Below are positions 40,863 to 51,027 of a stretch of DNA of 64,000 nt, piece after piece; the stretch's first letter is position 1, and each line of letters begins with the position of its first letter. The notes under the pieces were generated by a model, which was not told the origin of the DNA, searched no databases, and worked only from the letters and a program-made list of their open reading frames with translations. Source of the stretch: an uncultured Pelagibacteraceae bacterium. Lineage in GTDB: Bacteria > Pseudomonadota > Alphaproteobacteria > Pelagibacterales > Pelagibacteraceae. A program made the position numbers and the translations under genes. The stretch covers positions 2,294-66,293 of the forward strand of contig CACNFY010000007.1 in NCBI GenBank assembly GCA_902619925.1, in the 5' to 3' direction.

Positions 40863-41975
40863 ATGGGAAAAAATTTAGATGATATAGTAATAACCAATGC
40901 CTTGAGAACGCCAATAGGCAGATATAAAGGCAAATTGAGCCTTTATCAAGCTCACGATCTTGGTTGTGAAGTTATCAAAAATTTATTGGAACAATCTAAA
41001 CTATCTTCAGAAGATGTGGATGAGGTAGTTATGGGTCAAGTGCTGACTGGAAATACAGGTCAAAATCCTGCAAGACAAGCATCTTTAAATGCAGGTATTC
41101 CAAATTCAAAAACAGCTTACCTAGTTAATCAAGTTTGCGGTTCAGGTTTAAGAAGTATTGCATTAGCATACCAATCAATATTATCTAAAGATTCTAAGGT
41201 AGTAATTGCAGGCGGACAAGAAAGTATGTCAAATTGTGATAAAGATATAATGCTAAAAGACGGATTGATTGATGTATATAATAAATATCACATGGGTGTT
41301 ACTGCTGAAAATGTTGCAAATAAATGGAATATATCAAGAACTGAACAAGATAAGTTTGCTTACGAATCTCAAATCAAGGCTCAAGATGCAATAAAGAAAA
41401 ACAAGTTTAGTGATGAATTAATTACTAATTTAATCGATAAAGATGAACATCCAAGATCTGATGTGACCCTAGAAAGCCTATCCACGTTAAAAACTGTTTT
41501 TAAAGAAGAGGGTACAGTAACTGCTGGAAATTCCTCAGGAATAAATGATGGTGCTGCTGGTATAATACTAATGTCAAGAAAAGAGGCAGAAAAAAGGAAT
41601 TTGAAACCTTTAGCAAAAATTGTGTCATGGGCAACATGCGGAGTAGACCCATCATTAATGGGATCAGGTCCAATTCCATCTACAAAAAAAGCTCTTGAAA
41701 AAGCCTCATGGAATATAAATCAATTAGATCTTGTTGAGTCCAACGAAGCATTTGCAGCTCAAAGTTTGGCAGTTATAAAAGAATTAAATATTCCAAAGGA
41801 AATAGTTAATGTAAATGGTGGCGCTATAGCTTTAGGTCATCCTATTGGAGCATCTGGCTCAAGAATTATAGTTACTTTGATACATGAAATGAATAAAAGA
41901 GAGGTGAAAAAAGGATTAGGCACTTTATGTATAGGCGGTGGGATGGGAATAGCTATGTGTATAGAAAGAGATTAG
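40863..41975 (+). CDS. acetyl-CoA acetyltransferase (thiolase)
   Basis: NQVCGSG, NEAFA, GHPIGASG, LCIGGGMG. Confidence 0.95.
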   Translation: MGKNLDDIVITNALRTPIGRYKGKLSLYQAHDLGCEVIKNLLEQSKLSSEDVDEVVMGQVLTGNTGQNPARQASLNAGIPNSKTAYLVNQVCGSGLRSIALAYQSILSKDSKVVIAGGQESMSNCDKDIMLKDGLIDVYNKYHMGVTAENVANKWNISRTEQDKFAYESQIKAQDAIKKNKFSDELITNLIDKDEHPRSDVTLESLSTLKTVFKEEGTVTAGNSSGINDGAAGIILMSRKEAEKRNLKPLAKIVSWATCGVDPSLMGSGPIPSTKKALEKASWNINQLDLVESNEAFAAQSLAVIKELNIPKEIVNVNGGAIALGHPIGASGSRIIVTLIHEMNKREVKKGLGTLCIGGGMGIAMCIERD

Positions 41976-42160
41976 TCTCTAAAATATTTAAATTTTTTTT
42001 TTAATAAAGACAATTGCATCCAATTTTTAGCATCATTATTAAATCTTAACTTTTTGTTGAAAATACTATTTAAAATCAAATTAAACATGAACAAAATATT
42101 GAAATAAAATTTGACAAAAAAAAGATCCAAATACGGTAAAAATATATTATAATTCATAAA

Positions 42161-43258
42161 ATGATTAAAAATATTAAAGTTTTACCAAAAAAGTTAAAGA
42201 TTTTATTCTCAAATAATAAGGAAGACAATTTTCTTAATTTATGGCTTAGGGACCATGCTAGAGATGAAGCAAGCTGGGACTCAAGAAGCAACCAAAGAAA
42301 AATTCATACAGCTAAACTAGATCCAAATTTGTACATTAAAAAGGCAACAATAAAAGAAAATGGAAAATCGGTAGACATACTATGGTCTGATTTAGTAAAT
42401 CCTATAAATTATTCTGCGATTTTCTTTGAGGAGAATTCAAAATTAAAAAAAAAAAAGATCTCAAAAATAAAAATCTGGAAAAAAAAGGAAATCACAGATG
42501 AAATATATGTAAATTTTGAAGATACTCTATCAGACACAGGTTTTGTAAATTTTTTAAACAAACTACACAGATACGGATTTGCAGTTATACAAAATTGTAA
42601 AACTGAGATGAGTTCAGTTGATAAAATAGCTAAAAAGATAGGTTATGTTCGAGAGTCAATATTTGGAGGACTTTGGAGTTTTGAGTCTAATCAAGATATG
42701 GCAGATAGCGCTTATACCCAGGATGAGCTTAGACCTCACACAGATTCAACTTACAGCAATGATGCTCCAGGTTTACAATTGTTGCTTTGCTGTCATTACA
42801 AAGCCTCGGGTGGTGAATCTATTATGGTTGATGGATATAAAATTGCTCAAAAAATCAAACTACACAGAAAAGATTTGTACAAAATACTATGTGATATGGA
42901 GGTGAAAGGCCAATACATCGGAGATGGAGTTTTCTTAGAGGCAAACAGACCTATTTTTAGATTGAATTCTGAAAAAGAACTAATTCAAGTAAGCTTTAAT
43001 AACTATGATCGAGCCACATTTAGGACAGATGACAAAAAAACATTAAAATTTTACGAGGCTATTAGAGAATTTGATTTAATTGCAAATAATCAAGACTATC
43101 AATGGAGACGAATTTTAAAACCGGGTGAACTATTAATTTTCAATAATTGGAGAATTTTACATGGCAGAGGATCTTTCAAAGGAGAGAGAAAAATGTCAGG
43201 TTGCTATATAAATAAAGAGGACTTTGATAGTGCATGTAGAATGAACAAAATTATTTAA
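42161..43258 (+). CDS. Fe(II)/2-oxoglutarate dioxygenase, trimethyllysine/gamma-butyrobetaine hydroxylase family
   Basis: WLRDH N-domain, HTDSTY and NNWRILHGR facial triad, GGES..VDG. Confidence 0.85.
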   Translation: MIKNIKVLPKKLKILFSNNKEDNFLNLWLRDHARDEASWDSRSNQRKIHTAKLDPNLYIKKATIKENGKSVDILWSDLVNPINYSAIFFEENSKLKKKKISKIKIWKKKEITDEIYVNFEDTLSDTGFVNFLNKLHRYGFAVIQNCKTEMSSVDKIAKKIGYVRESIFGGLWSFESNQDMADSAYTQDELRPHTDSTYSNDAPGLQLLLCCHYKASGGESIMVDGYKIAQKIKLHRKDLYKILCDMEVKGQYIGDGVFLEANRPIFRLNSEKELIQVSFNNYDRATFRTDDKKTLKFYEAIREFDLIANNQDYQWRRILKPGELLIFNNWRILHGRGSFKGERKMSGCYINKEDFDSACRMNKII

Positions 43259-43267
43259 TCAATTTGG

Positions 43268-44164
43268 ATGTCTAAAACAACTTCCCTTGTTTGTGCTCTA
43301 GTCACAACATTTATATGGGGAACAGCATTTATTGCTCAAGATACTGGTATGGATAATATTGGTCCTCTCTCTTTTAATGCAGCTAGATTTTTTGTAGGAT
43401 TTATCACAATTTTACCTATAGCCTTTATATTTGAAAGAAAAAAAATTTTTCAGAATATAAATTCAAATAAACATCTTTTTTTTAAATATTTAATTTTAAT
43501 GAGCATCTCACTTTTTCTTGGTACATATCTTCAACAAACATCTTTATTATATACTAATGTTGCTAATGCAGCATTTTTTACAGTTTTTTACGTCCCTTTA
43601 GTACCAATAATTTTATATATAATTTATAAGTCTACTGTTCACTGGAGCATATGGCCCTCTATTTTACTTTGTATACTTGGAGTGTATTTTTTAAGTGACT
43701 TTTCGGACTCTCAAATATTATTGGGTGATGGTTTAGTAATTTTATGCTCCTTTTTTTGGGCTTTGCATATAATTTTTGCAGGTAAATTTATGGAAAAATT
43801 CAATATCCCAATTTTTTTTGCATCTTTACAAGCTGTTTTGGTTGGATCATATTCGCTAATATTTGCATATTCTTTTGAGGAAATACATTTTTCTAAAGTA
43901 CTATTAGAACATTACTCGATAATATATGCAGGTGTATTTTCTGGGGGTATAGCATTTACCTTACAAATGTATGCTCAAAAAAATATAGATGAAGCACCAG
44001 CCGCAATAATATACTCTTTAGAAGGTGTATTTGCAGCAGTTGCTGGATGGATAATTTTAAATCAGGTATTAAATATGAACAATATTATAGGATGTTTTTT
44101 AATTCTTATCGCAGTAATTTTATCACAATTAGCACCAAGTTTAAAATCATCTATAAGCAATTAA
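43268..44164 (+). CDS. DMT/EamA family transporter
   Basis: IWGTAF, about 10 TM segments, duplicated EamA pattern. Confidence 0.88.
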   Translation: MSKTTSLVCALVTTFIWGTAFIAQDTGMDNIGPLSFNAARFFVGFITILPIAFIFERKKIFQNINSNKHLFFKYLILMSISLFLGTYLQQTSLLYTNVANAAFFTVFYVPLVPIILYIIYKSTVHWSIWPSILLCILGVYFLSDFSDSQILLGDGLVILCSFFWALHIIFAGKFMEKFNIPIFFASLQAVLVGSYSLIFAYSFEEIHFSKVLLEHYSIIYAGVFSGGIAFTLQMYAQKNIDEAPAAIIYSLEGVFAAVAGWIILNQVLNMNNIIGCFLILIAVILSQLAPSLKSSISN

Positions 44165-44914
44165 AAATAATGCTAAGCCTAATAATATCCTATAATAAAC
44201 AAATACATTTAATGAGAAACTTTTTAAATAAAAAATCAAAAATTTAATTGTTAAATATGAAAATATGAATGAAAAAAACGTTGATAAAATAATTGGTAAA
44301 TTAATTTCTATATTTTCTTCTAAAGCATTATTTAAACCTAATACACTTGCCCCAGTTAGTGCTGGTATAGATAAATAGAAAGAAATTTTTGCGGCATCAA
44401 TTCTATTAAACTTATAAATTCTACAAGCTGTAATAACTATTCCAGATCGACTGACACCAGGTATTAATGAAAGTATCTGAAAAATACCAAAAGCAATAAT
44501 ATTTTTAAAATTTAAATTTTGACTTATATTATTTGAGATAGGTCTTTTATCAACATAATATAATAATATCCCGAAAATTAATGTTGTCGAGGCAATTAAT
44601 TTCAAATTTCTTAATTGATAAATTAGTTCAAAATTATACAAAATGAAGCCAACAATCATAATTGGCATTGATCCAAAAAATATTAAATTAAGTATCTTCT
44701 TATTTTTAAAAATATTAATTAACTCATTCCTAAAATAAATTAAAATTGCTAAAAGTGAACCGAGATGTAGGCTAATGTCTATCTCTAATGATTGAATACT
44801 AAATTTACCGATATTTGATATTAGGAATAAGTGAGCAGATGAGCTAACAGGTATAAACTCAGATACTCCTTGGATTAGAGCCAAAAAAATAATTTGAAAA
44901 TAATAAGTGATCAT
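44147..44914 (-). CDS. uppP: undecaprenyl-diphosphatase
   Basis: QGVSEFIPVSSSAHL, PGVSRSG. Confidence 0.94.
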   Translation of the reverse strand: MITYYFQIIFLALIQGVSEFIPVSSSAHLFLISNIGKFSIQSLEIDISLHLGSLLAILIYFRNELINIFKNKKILNLIFFGSMPIMIVGFILYNFELIYQLRNLKLIASTTLIFGILLYYVDKRPISNNISQNLNFKNIIAFGIFQILSLIPGVSRSGIVITACRIYKFNRIDAAKISFYLSIPALTGASVLGLNNALEENIEINLPIILSTFFSFIFSYLTIKFLIFYLKSFSLNVFVYYRILLGLALFLIAYR

Positions 44915-44968
44915 TATGAATTTTTTCTTCCTAAACTAAATAGCTTTAAAATAAAGCAATTACATGAA

Positions 44969-44985
44969 TGCATAATAGGTATGCG
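44969..44985. promoter_or_regulatory. NtrC/NtrX-like palindrome upstream of gltD
   Basis: TGCATA-ATAGG-TATGCG (GCA-N9-TGC), about 110 nt upstream of gltD. Confidence 0.4.
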
Positions 44986-45094
44986 TAAAATAAAAAAAAA
45001 GCTTAAAATAAAGGGTTTTTTTAAAATTTAGGTAATAATTATTGTCCTTTTAAAACTTTTATACAACCAATTTTTAGTATAGGAGTCCAGCTCT

Positions 45095-46528
45095 ATGACT
45101 GAAAAAATGCTAAAATTCGTTAATTTAGGTCAACAAACACCACCTAAAAGAAAAATAGACGAAAGAAAAGAGGATTTTAACGAAATTTACAAAGAATTTA
45201 TTAATGAAAAAGCTAAAGAGCAATCAAGTAGGTGCTCGCAATGCGGAGTGCCATTTTGTCAAGTACATTGTCCGTTGAGCAATAATATTCCAGACTGGTT
45301 AAAATTAACGGCTGAAGGAAGATTAGAAGAAGCTTATCAATTGTCACAAAGTACAAATAATATGCCTGAAGTTTGTGGAAGGATATGTCCTCAAGATAGA
45401 TTATGTGAGGGCAATTGCGTAATCGAACAATCTGGGCATGGAACAGTTACGATAGGTTCTGTTGAAAAATTCATTACAGAAAATGCTTGGGAAAATGGAT
45501 GGGTTAAGGCTATTGAAGTTAAAAATGAAAGAGATGAAAGCGTGGGAATTATAGGAGCTGGTCCTGCAGGACTTGCTTGTGCTGAGGAATTAAGAAAGCA
45601 AGGTATTAAAGTTACCGTATATGACAGATACGATAGATCCGGGGGGCTTTTAATCTATGGAATACCAAATTTTAAACTTGAAAAACATGTGGTTCAAAGA
45701 AGAACAAATCTTCTAGAGAAGAGTGGAATAGAATTTGTTCATAACTTTGAGGTGGGTAAAGACGCAACATTAAAAGATTTAAGGGAAAAACATGATGCAA
45801 TTTTAATCGCCACTGGAGTTTATAAAGCTAGAGAAGTAGATTTACCTGGGAATGATTTAGCAAATATTTTTCCAGCAATGGATTTTTTGACAGCTTCAAA
45901 TAAAAAAGGTTTAGGAGATAAAGTTGAATTATTTGATAATGGAACCCTAAATGCTAAAGGAAAAAATGTTGTAGTAATTGGTGGTGGAGATACAGCGATG
46001 GATTGTGTGAGAACAGCAATAAGACAAGAGGCAAGTTCTGTTAAATGTTTATATAGAAGAGATAAAGAAAATATGCCAGGTTCGGCAAGAGAGGTAAAAA
46101 ATGCTGAGGAAGAAGGCATAGAGTTTGTTTGGTTAAGCAGTCCTTCAAAGTTTAATGGTAACAACAAAGTTGAGAGTGTTGAGGTGAATAAGATGCAGCT
46201 TGGTGAACCAGACGAAAGTGGAAGAAGACGACCTGAAATAGTAAAAGACTCAAATTTTGAAATAAAAGCAGACTTAGTTATAAAATCATTGGGTTTTGAT
46301 CCTGAAGATTTACCTAATCTATTTAATGAGGAAAAACTAAGAGTTACAAGATGGGGGACTATTAAAATAGACTACAAAACTATGGAAACTTCAGTGCCAG
46401 GAGTTTTTGCTGCCGGAGATATAGTAAGAGGAGCATCACTAGTGGTTTGGGCGATAAAAGATGGAAGAGATGTATCTGAACAAATATCAAAATATATAAA
46501 TTTAAAGAAAAAACAAAAAGTAGCGTAA
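45095..46528 (+). CDS. gltD: glutamate synthase small subunit
   Basis: CSQCGVPFCQVHCP, GRICPQDRLCEGNC, GAGPAG, GGGDTAMDC. Confidence 0.97.
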   Translation: MTEKMLKFVNLGQQTPPKRKIDERKEDFNEIYKEFINEKAKEQSSRCSQCGVPFCQVHCPLSNNIPDWLKLTAEGRLEEAYQLSQSTNNMPEVCGRICPQDRLCEGNCVIEQSGHGTVTIGSVEKFITENAWENGWVKAIEVKNERDESVGIIGAGPAGLACAEELRKQGIKVTVYDRYDRSGGLLIYGIPNFKLEKHVVQRRTNLLEKSGIEFVHNFEVGKDATLKDLREKHDAILIATGVYKAREVDLPGNDLANIFPAMDFLTASNKKGLGDKVELFDNGTLNAKGKNVVVIGGGDTAMDCVRTAIRQEASSVKCLYRRDKENMPGSAREVKNAEEEGIEFVWLSSPSKFNGNNKVESVEVNKMQLGEPDESGRRRPEIVKDSNFEIKADLVIKSLGFDPEDLPNLFNEEKLRVTRWGTIKIDYKTMETSVPGVFAAGDIVRGASLVVWAIKDGRDVSEQISKYINLKKKQKVA

Positions 46529-49500
46529 TGAGACAAAGAAATAAAAATTTAAAAATTTTAAAAGAAGCAAACGTGTATAATGAAAAAATGGAACACGATG
46601 CTTGTGGAGTTGGATTAGTAGCATCAACTGAGGGCAAAAAAACTCGGCAAGTCGTAGAATTTGGTATTCAAGCTCTCAAAGCCGTTTGGCACAGAGGTGC
46701 TGTAGATGCAGATGGGAAAACTGGAGATGGTGCGGGAATTCACATTGAAATACCTCATGATTTTTTTATAGAAAAAATTGAGGCAACTGGACATAAACAC
46801 GACTTGAAAGACGACGTTTGCGTAGGAATGATATTTTTGCCTCGCAATGATTTTTTATCACAAGAGTCATGCAGAACTATTGTTGAAAGTGAACTAACCA
46901 AGAGTAATTTTTACATATATGGTTGGAGACAAGTACCTGTTAATCCAAAAGTTTTAGGCGAAAAGGCAGAATTAACAAGACCTGAGATTACCCAAGTCCT
47001 GTTTAAGGTTAATGATACTAATGTTTTGGGAAAGAATCTGGAAAGAAAATTATATGAAACGAGAAGAAAGATTGAGAATAAATGTAGATCAAAACATCTA
47101 AATAATTTTTACATATGCTCTTTTAGTTCAAAGTCTATAATTTATAAGGGTATGTTTTTGGCTGAGGCTCTTTCTGATTTTTTTGTGGATTTAAAAGACG
47201 AGAGATTTAAATCAAGATATGCAATTTTTCATCAAAGATTTTCAACTAACACAGCGCCTAGTTGGGACTTAGCGCAACCATTTAGATCAATCGCTCACAA
47301 CGGGGAAATTAACACTTTAAAAGGAAATATTAATTGGATGAAAGTGCATGAGGAGGAAATGTTTAGTTCAAATTATGAGGATATGGAAAATTTAAAGCCT
47401 GTTATACCTGAGGGAAACTCAGATTCTGCTTCTTTAGATAATGTTTTTGAATTACTTACGATGTCAGGACATTCAGCTCCTCTTTCAAAGCTAATGCTTA
47501 TTCCAGATGCGTGGTCAAAAAAAAGTAAAATTTTACCAGTAAATCAATTGAAATTATTTAATTTCTTAAATAGCACGATGGAGCCTTGGGACGGCCCAGC
47601 CGCTATAGCTGGAACCGACAACGATTGGGTAGTAGTGGCCTCTGATAGAAATGGACTAAGACCATTAAGATATACTATCACTAGAGATAGATTATTGTTT
47701 GCTGGATCTGAAACAGGGATGGTTGATTTAAATGAGAAAAAGATTGTAACTAAGGGAAGATTAGGACCTGGAGAAATATTGGGTGTAAGAATTGACAAAG
47801 GTAAAGTTTATACTAATAGTCAGATTAAAGATTATCTAGCAAAAGAATACAAACACTTTAATAATCAAATAATTGATCTCGATAAAAAATTTCCTATCGA
47901 CAAAGAGAAAAATATATTCGAAAATTTAGAACTTAAAAGAAGACAACACGTATTTGGGTATAGCTTGGAGGATTTAGAGTTAATACTCCATCCTATGGCA
48001 GAAGATGCCAAAGAGGCAACAGGTTCAATGGGTGACGATACTCCCTTAGCAGTACTTTCAGATAAATATAGACCACTTTACCATTTTTTCAGACAAAATT
48101 TTAGCCAAGTTACAAACCCGCCGATAGATTCTTTAAGAGAAAATAAAGTAATGAGCTTAAAAACCAGATTTGGAAATTTAGGAAATATTTTAGATTTTAA
48201 CAACTTAACAGAGGAAAATATTTATGTGTTAGACTCTCCAATATTAACAAACTCACAATTTGAAAAATTTATAAACTATTTTGGAAAAAGTAATAAAATT
48301 TTTGATTGCACTTTTGAGGATAACGAAACTCTTGAGCAAGGCATTAATAAATTAAAAAAGAGCACAGAAGAGGCCGTAAGACAAGGAATAACTCAGATTA
48401 TACTATCGGATAAAAATATTTCTGATAAAAAATATCCTATACCAACTTTATTAAGCGTTGGTGCAGTTCATACAAATTTAGTTAAATTAGGATTAAGAGG
48501 TTATGTTTCAATAAACGTCCAATCTGGAGAATGTTTAGACACACATTCTTTTGCAACAGTGCTTGGAGTTGGAGCGACTACAATTAACCCGTATTTAGCA
48601 TTTGATAGTTTGTTTCAAAGACATAAAAGAAAACTATTTTCAAATCTTACTTATGAGGATTGTGTAAAAAGATATATTAAATCAGTAAATCTTGGCCTTT
48701 TAAAAATAATGTCAAAAATGGGTATATCAGTTTTAAGTTCATATAGAGGTGGATGTAATTTTGAAACAGTCGGTCTTAGTCGAACAGTGGTAAATGAATT
48801 TTTTCCAGGAGTTACCTCAAAAATTTCTGGAATTGGACTATATGGGATTGAAAAAAAAATTAGAGAGATACACAAAGACTCATTTAAAAATGATAACAAT
48901 ATTCTACCAATAGGTGGTCTGTATAGGTATAGGAAGAATGGCGAAAATCATCAGTATCAAGGAAAATTAATTCATCTATTACAGACTGCAGTTACAAATA
49001 ATTCTTATGAGATATACAAAAAATACTCAAAAGGTATATACGATCTACCTCCAATAAATCTTAGAGATTTAGTAGATTTTAAGAAAAAAGAAAAAATAAA
49101 TATTCAAGAAGTAGAGCCTTTGGAAAGTATTTTAAAAAGATTCGGTAGCGGAAGTATGTCTCACGGTGCCTTATCAAAGGAAGCGCATGAAACTTTAGCG
49201 GTTGCCATGAACAGAATTAAAGGTGCTTCGTGCAGTGGTGAAGGTGGAGAGGATGCTGTTCGATTTAAATTAATGAAAAATGGTGACTCCGCAAATTCAA
49301 GGGTAAAACAAATAGCCTCCGCTAGATTTGGTGTTACTGTGGATTATTTGAATAATTGCAACGAGATTGAAATCAAAATTGCTCAAGGTGCAAAACCAGG
49401 AGAGGGTGGACAATTACCTGGTTTTAAAGTTACCGATGAAATAGCAAAATTAAGACATTCTACTCCCGGAGTTACTTTAATATCGCCACCACCACATCAT

Positions 49501-51027
49501 GATATTTATTCTATAGAGGATCTAGCTCAATTAATTTATGATCTAAAACAAATAAATCCTGGGGCAAGAGTAAGCGTCAAATTAGTTGCTTCTTCTGGAG
49601 TAGGAACAATTGCGGCTGGAGTTGCAAAGGCTAAAGCAGATATTATTTTAATATCTGGTCACAATGGGGGTACAGGTGCCTCTCCGCAAACAAGTGTTAA
49701 ATATGTTGGAATTCCTTGGGAGATGGGACTAACTGAAGCTAATCAAGTTCTTACCTTAAATAATTTAAGACATACAGTGACTTTAAAAACTGATGGAGGG
49801 ATAAAGACTGGGAGAGATGTTGTAATAGCAGCAATGATGGGAGCAGAGGAATATGGAGTGGCCACAACATCTCTGGTAGCAATGGGCTGCATAATGGTTA
49901 GACAATGTCATTCAAACACTTGCCCAGTGGGAGTATGCACTCAAGATGAAAAATTGAGAGAAAAATTTACAGGTACACCTGATAAAGTAGTTAATTTATT
50001 TAAATTTATTGCTACTGAGGTAAGAGAAATTTTAGCTGATTTAGGATTTAAAAAACTTAATGAAATAATTGGTAGAACTGACCTTTTAAAACAAATAAGC
50101 AAAGGTTCACCTAACTTAGATGATTTAGATTTAAACCCACTTTTTGTTCAGGCGGATCCTGGAAATAATAAAACATATTGTGAAAAACCAATCATAAATA
50201 AGGTTCCTGATACTCTAGATCAAATTATTTGGCCAGAAATTGAAAATGCTATAGATAAAAAAGAAAAAATAAAAAAAACTTATGAAATTCATAATACTCA
50301 TAGAGCGGTAGGTACTAGAATTTCATATCAACTTTATAAAAAATTTGGAAACAATAAATTAGAGGATAATGAAGTCGAAATTAGTTTTAAAGGTTCCGCT
50401 GGACAATCCTTCGGTGCATTTGGAACTAAAGGTCTTAAATTAAATTTACTTGGTGACGCAAATGACTATGTTGCAAAAGGTTTATCTGGAGCTACTATAT
50501 CAATAAAATTGCAGGATGAAAGTAACTTGGTATCGAAAGATAATACTATAATTGGAAATACAGTATTATATGGAGCAACATCGGGTAAGCTTTATGCATC
50601 AGGTCAAGCAGGTGAAAGATTTGCAGTCAGAAACTCAGGAGCTACTTCAGTAGTGGAGGGTTGTGGTTCTAATGGATGTGAATATATGACTGGAGGAAGT
50701 ATTGTAATTTTGGGGGATGTAGGCGACAATTTTGGTGCGGGTATGACTGGAGGAATGTCTTTTGTTTATGATATTCATAATAATTTTGAAAAAAGAGTTA
50801 ACCCTGAAACTGTGATTTGGCAAAGAGTTGAGACAAATTATTGGAAAAGATTTTTGAAAGATTTGATACTAGATCATTTCAAAGAGACAAATTCAAAATT
50901 ATCAGACATTATAATAAAAAATTTTGAAACCGAATTAAATAATTTCTACCAAATTTGTCCAAAAGAAATGATTGATAAATTAGAGAACCCAATTACAGAA
51001 AGAAATGTAAAGGGTTTAGCAGTTTAA
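46528..51027 (+). CDS. gltB: glutamate synthase large subunit
   Basis: EHDACGVG, HQRFSTNT, EPWDGPA, QGAKPGEGGQLPG, 3Fe-4S Cys motif. Confidence 0.98.
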   Translation: MRQRNKNLKILKEANVYNEKMEHDACGVGLVASTEGKKTRQVVEFGIQALKAVWHRGAVDADGKTGDGAGIHIEIPHDFFIEKIEATGHKHDLKDDVCVGMIFLPRNDFLSQESCRTIVESELTKSNFYIYGWRQVPVNPKVLGEKAELTRPEITQVLFKVNDTNVLGKNLERKLYETRRKIENKCRSKHLNNFYICSFSSKSIIYKGMFLAEALSDFFVDLKDERFKSRYAIFHQRFSTNTAPSWDLAQPFRSIAHNGEINTLKGNINWMKVHEEEMFSSNYEDMENLKPVIPEGNSDSASLDNVFELLTMSGHSAPLSKLMLIPDAWSKKSKILPVNQLKLFNFLNSTMEPWDGPAAIAGTDNDWVVVASDRNGLRPLRYTITRDRLLFAGSETGMVDLNEKKIVTKGRLGPGEILGVRIDKGKVYTNSQIKDYLAKEYKHFNNQIIDLDKKFPIDKEKNIFENLELKRRQHVFGYSLEDLELILHPMAEDAKEATGSMGDDTPLAVLSDKYRPLYHFFRQNFSQVTNPPIDSLRENKVMSLKTRFGNLGNILDFNNLTEENIYVLDSPILTNSQFEKFINYFGKSNKIFDCTFEDNETLEQGINKLKKSTEEAVRQGITQIILSDKNISDKKYPIPTLLSVGAVHTNLVKLGLRGYVSINVQSGECLDTHSFATVLGVGATTINPYLAFDSLFQRHKRKLFSNLTYEDCVKRYIKSVNLGLLKIMSKMGISVLSSYRGGCNFETVGLSRTVVNEFFPGVTSKISGIGLYGIEKKIREIHKDSFKNDNNILPIGGLYRYRKNGENHQYQGKLIHLLQTAVTNNSYEIYKKYSKGIYDLPPINLRDLVDFKKKEKINIQEVEPLESILKRFGSGSMSHGALSKEAHETLAVAMNRIKGASCSGEGGEDAVRFKLMKNGDSANSRVKQIASARFGVTVDYLNNCNEIEIKIAQGAKPGEGGQLPGFKVTDEIAKLRHSTPGVTLISPPPHHDIYSIEDLAQLIYDLKQINPGARVSVKLVASSGVGTIAAGVAKAKADIILISGHNGGTGASPQTSVKYVGIPWEMGLTEANQVLTLNNLRHTVTLKTDGGIKTGRDVVIAAMMGAEEYGVATTSLVAMGCIMVRQCHSNTCPVGVCTQDEKLREKFTGTPDKVVNLFKFIATEVREILADLGFKKLNEIIGRTDLLKQISKGSPNLDDLDLNPLFVQADPGNNKTYCEKPIINKVPDTLDQIIWPEIENAIDKKEKIKKTYEIHNTHRAVGTRISYQLYKKFGNNKLEDNEVEISFKGSAGQSFGAFGTKGLKLNLLGDANDYVAKGLSGATISIKLQDESNLVSKDNTIIGNTVLYGATSGKLYASGQAGERFAVRNSGATSVVEGCGSNGCEYMTGGSIVILGDVGDNFGAGMTGGMSFVYDIHNNFEKRVNPETVIWQRVETNYWKRFLKDLILDHFKETNSKLSDIIIKNFETELNNFYQICPKEMIDKLENPITERNVKGLAV

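Noticed and set aside
41972-42157. 61-aa minus-strand ORF (or a 38-aa version from ATG 42088)
   Set aside because: No SD or motif, and it overlaps the likely promoter region of the dioxygenase; it cannot be supported without conservation data
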